DNA of 63,905 nucleotides, the filler included, from Candidatus Tectimicrobiota bacterium (GTDB lineage: Bacteria > JACPSX01): NCBI GenBank assembly GCA_016193065.1. It is 6 parts of 6 records of this genome, joined end to end, with 100 filler letters (N's around TTAATTAATTAA, not from the genome) between each part and the next. Parts side by side here need not be neighbours in the genome. Positions count along the whole stretch, not along the records: positions 60,832 to 63,905 come from JACPSX010000196.1; 5 more parts are not named here. One strand, given 5' to 3'. Under the pieces are notes generated by a model. The model made no database searches, was not told the DNA's origin, and saw nothing but the letters and a program-made list of their open reading frames with translations. Each line of letters begins with the position of its first letter. The stretch's first letter is position 1. A program made the translations under genes and the position numbers. Shown here piece after piece: positions 62,309 to 63,905 of the stretch.

Positions 62309-63905
62309 CTACTCTCTCCCAAGCAAGATCTTGAAACCCGCCTCACGCTTCTCAACTACGAAATCGAACTGCTGAAGAATTCGCAGATGCACGCGTTGAC
62401 GCAGCCTCCGGACAGCCTCCGTATCTTCGAGCTCCTTCCCGGTATCCTGGTCCTTCTTGAACTCGGGCTGCTCGGCAATTAGCTTCCTGGCGTGCTCTTC
62501 GGAAACCGGCTCCACAGCGAACAGGACATGCTCGCCCACGATCTCTTCTGCCGAGCTTTCGCTCCGCACCTCGTACTGCCTCCAACGCCCGATCGCTTTA
62601 AGGTCAACGACGAGCACTATATGTCGTAAACGCGAAGAGAGCTTGAACACTGGGACCTGCCTGTACTTTCCACAGAGCGGTCCGGTGACTGCTCCGCCTG
62701 CGGCGATGAAGTCCTGACTTTCCTCGATCATAAGGGCCGCACGCCATTCGCCAAGTATCAAGACTGCTGGCGACAGGCCGTCCCGCTGGCACGATCCTAG
62801 AGCAGCATCGATCGAGCCGAGAACTTCCTCAGGTTTTACACCCAATCGTTCCTTCCGCGGAAGGGCGTCGACGAATTGTTTGAGAACCAGCTGGTTTTCG
62901 CTTTCTCCGAACCAGCGACCGAATTCCCGTCCCAGATCCCCCATCGACATGAATTCAGCCTGCGCGAACACCTCTTTCAACTCAAGGCGGTTCAGCCCGA
63001 ACCAGTCGTGCCCCTTTGGCGCGAACCGCCCAACTTCAAAGTTGCCGTGTTCTTTGACAACGGCGCGTAAACCTGCATGTTCCTGCCACGACTCCAGAAA
63101 TTCTTCCTTGAACTGTCGGACCCGATCTTGATCAAGGGGAGCAGCAATGAGCTGATCGATCTCCTCTTCTCGCCCAAGGGCTCTTGCCTCACTGGCCATG
63201 TCGAGGACTCTTCGTAACCCCTCAATCCCGCCATCACTGAGGACGGCGCGCCATTTCGCTTCAGCCTCGATCATTCCCCGGACCACTTCCGCTACACGGT
63301 CCGCTACGTAGCGCGTGTCCCGGGTCACCGGCAGCTTCAAGTGAGTCCACGCCTCGGCTGGCCGGCCTTTCAGTTCCTCAGCCGCTCGCAAGCAGAAGAG
63401 CTGCATCAAGGAGATGTCCAGGTCTATTTTGACAACTTCGCCCTCGTGCTGATCGAGAAGCCACCAATCCCACCCGAAACGCTCCTCTGTTTCGTGCTGA
63501 ACACACTGAAGCAAGGTTTCCCACAGCACAACGGGGCCGCCAAGTCCGCCAATCGCCTTGTGCCACGACGAAAACACATCCGCGGTTAGCTTGCCGCCCT
63601 CCCACTCACGCAGCATCCATGCATTGAGGCCAACTAGGAGCTGCTTTCGCCCATCACTGAGCCTCCTCGAAAAGCTCAAGATGCGTTGCAGAAGCGCCAT
63701 CTCCGTCTCAACTCGCCGACTCTCCTCGGGCGACAAATTTCCCCGCTCCCGCTGCCACTTCAGTACGGCGATTTCTTCCCCATACGATCTCATATCTCGA
63801 AATTCGAAGCACTTCAAGAGTGCGCTTCGGAACGCTTCGAAACTCGACACATCTCGAGCATCAAACGCTTTCCGCAATAAGTCGCTAAACACGCGCAGGA
63901 GCCCT
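62309..63905 (-). CDS. Large hypothetical protein (5' partial)
   Basis: More than 527 codons, frame open to window end; no recognised motif. Confidence 0.75.
   Translation of the reverse strand, partial: GLLRVFSDLLRKAFDARDVSSFEAFRSALLKCFEFRDMRSYGEEIAVLKWQRERGNLSPEESRRVETEMALLQRILSFSRRLSDGRKQLLVGLNAWMLREWEGGKLTADVFSSWHKAIGGLGGPVVLWETLLQCVQHETEERFGWDWWLLDQHEGEVVKIDLDISLMQLFCLRAAEELKGRPAEAWTHLKLPVTRDTRYVADRVAEVVRGMIEAEAKWRAVLSDGGIEGLRRVLDMASEARALGREEEIDQLIAAPLDQDRVRQFKEEFLESWQEHAGLRAVVKEHGNFEVGRFAPKGHDWFGLNRLELKEVFAQAEFMSMGDLGREFGRWFGESENQLVLKQFVDALPRKERLGVKPEEVLGSIDAALGSCQRDGLSPAVLILGEWRAALMIEESQDFIAAGGAVTGPLCGKYRQVPVFKLSSRLRHIVLVVDLKAIGRWRQYEVRSESSAEEIVGEHVLFAVEPVSEEHARKLIAEQPEFKKDQDTGKELEDTEAVRRLRQRVHLRILQQFDFVVEKREAGFKILLGRE

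Overview
This is a bacterial draft or metagenome-assembled sequence. Six contigs are joined by artificial 100-bp linkers (N44-TTAATTAATTAA-N44) at 22530, 50187, 52886, 58013 and 60732, so synteny across linkers cannot be trusted. Contig 1 (1-22529) is an accessory catabolic mosaic: HOT-like Fe-ADH, an AT-richer LeuC/SBP/ICL-family lyase/LeuD operon, orphan NMT1-type SBPs, class II aldolase, FtsH, cupin, E1alpha/E1beta with a stand-alone lipoyl domain, SDR and MFS genes. Contig 2 (22630-50186) is housekeeping: psuG, rsmE, purHD, an MBL hydrolase, CIRCE-groESL, sigma54-glnB-glnA(broken)-glnE, GT4, UbiD, greA, ctpA-envC-ftsXE, ilvA, recJ and dacB. Contigs 3-6 carry ddl, a lipase, a dense array of mostly broken toxin-antitoxin modules and hypothetical genes. 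The most unusual signal is non-coding. A modular nested repeat family has five copies that all face a downstream gene and end exactly 13 nt upstream of a sigma70 -35 box. A ~21-25 bp palindromic sub-module of this family also occurs in-frame inside glnE. A MITE inserts into the TGG loop of REP-like hairpins, and long direct repeats partition the TA array. All calls come from motif recognition by eye; no database searches were run.
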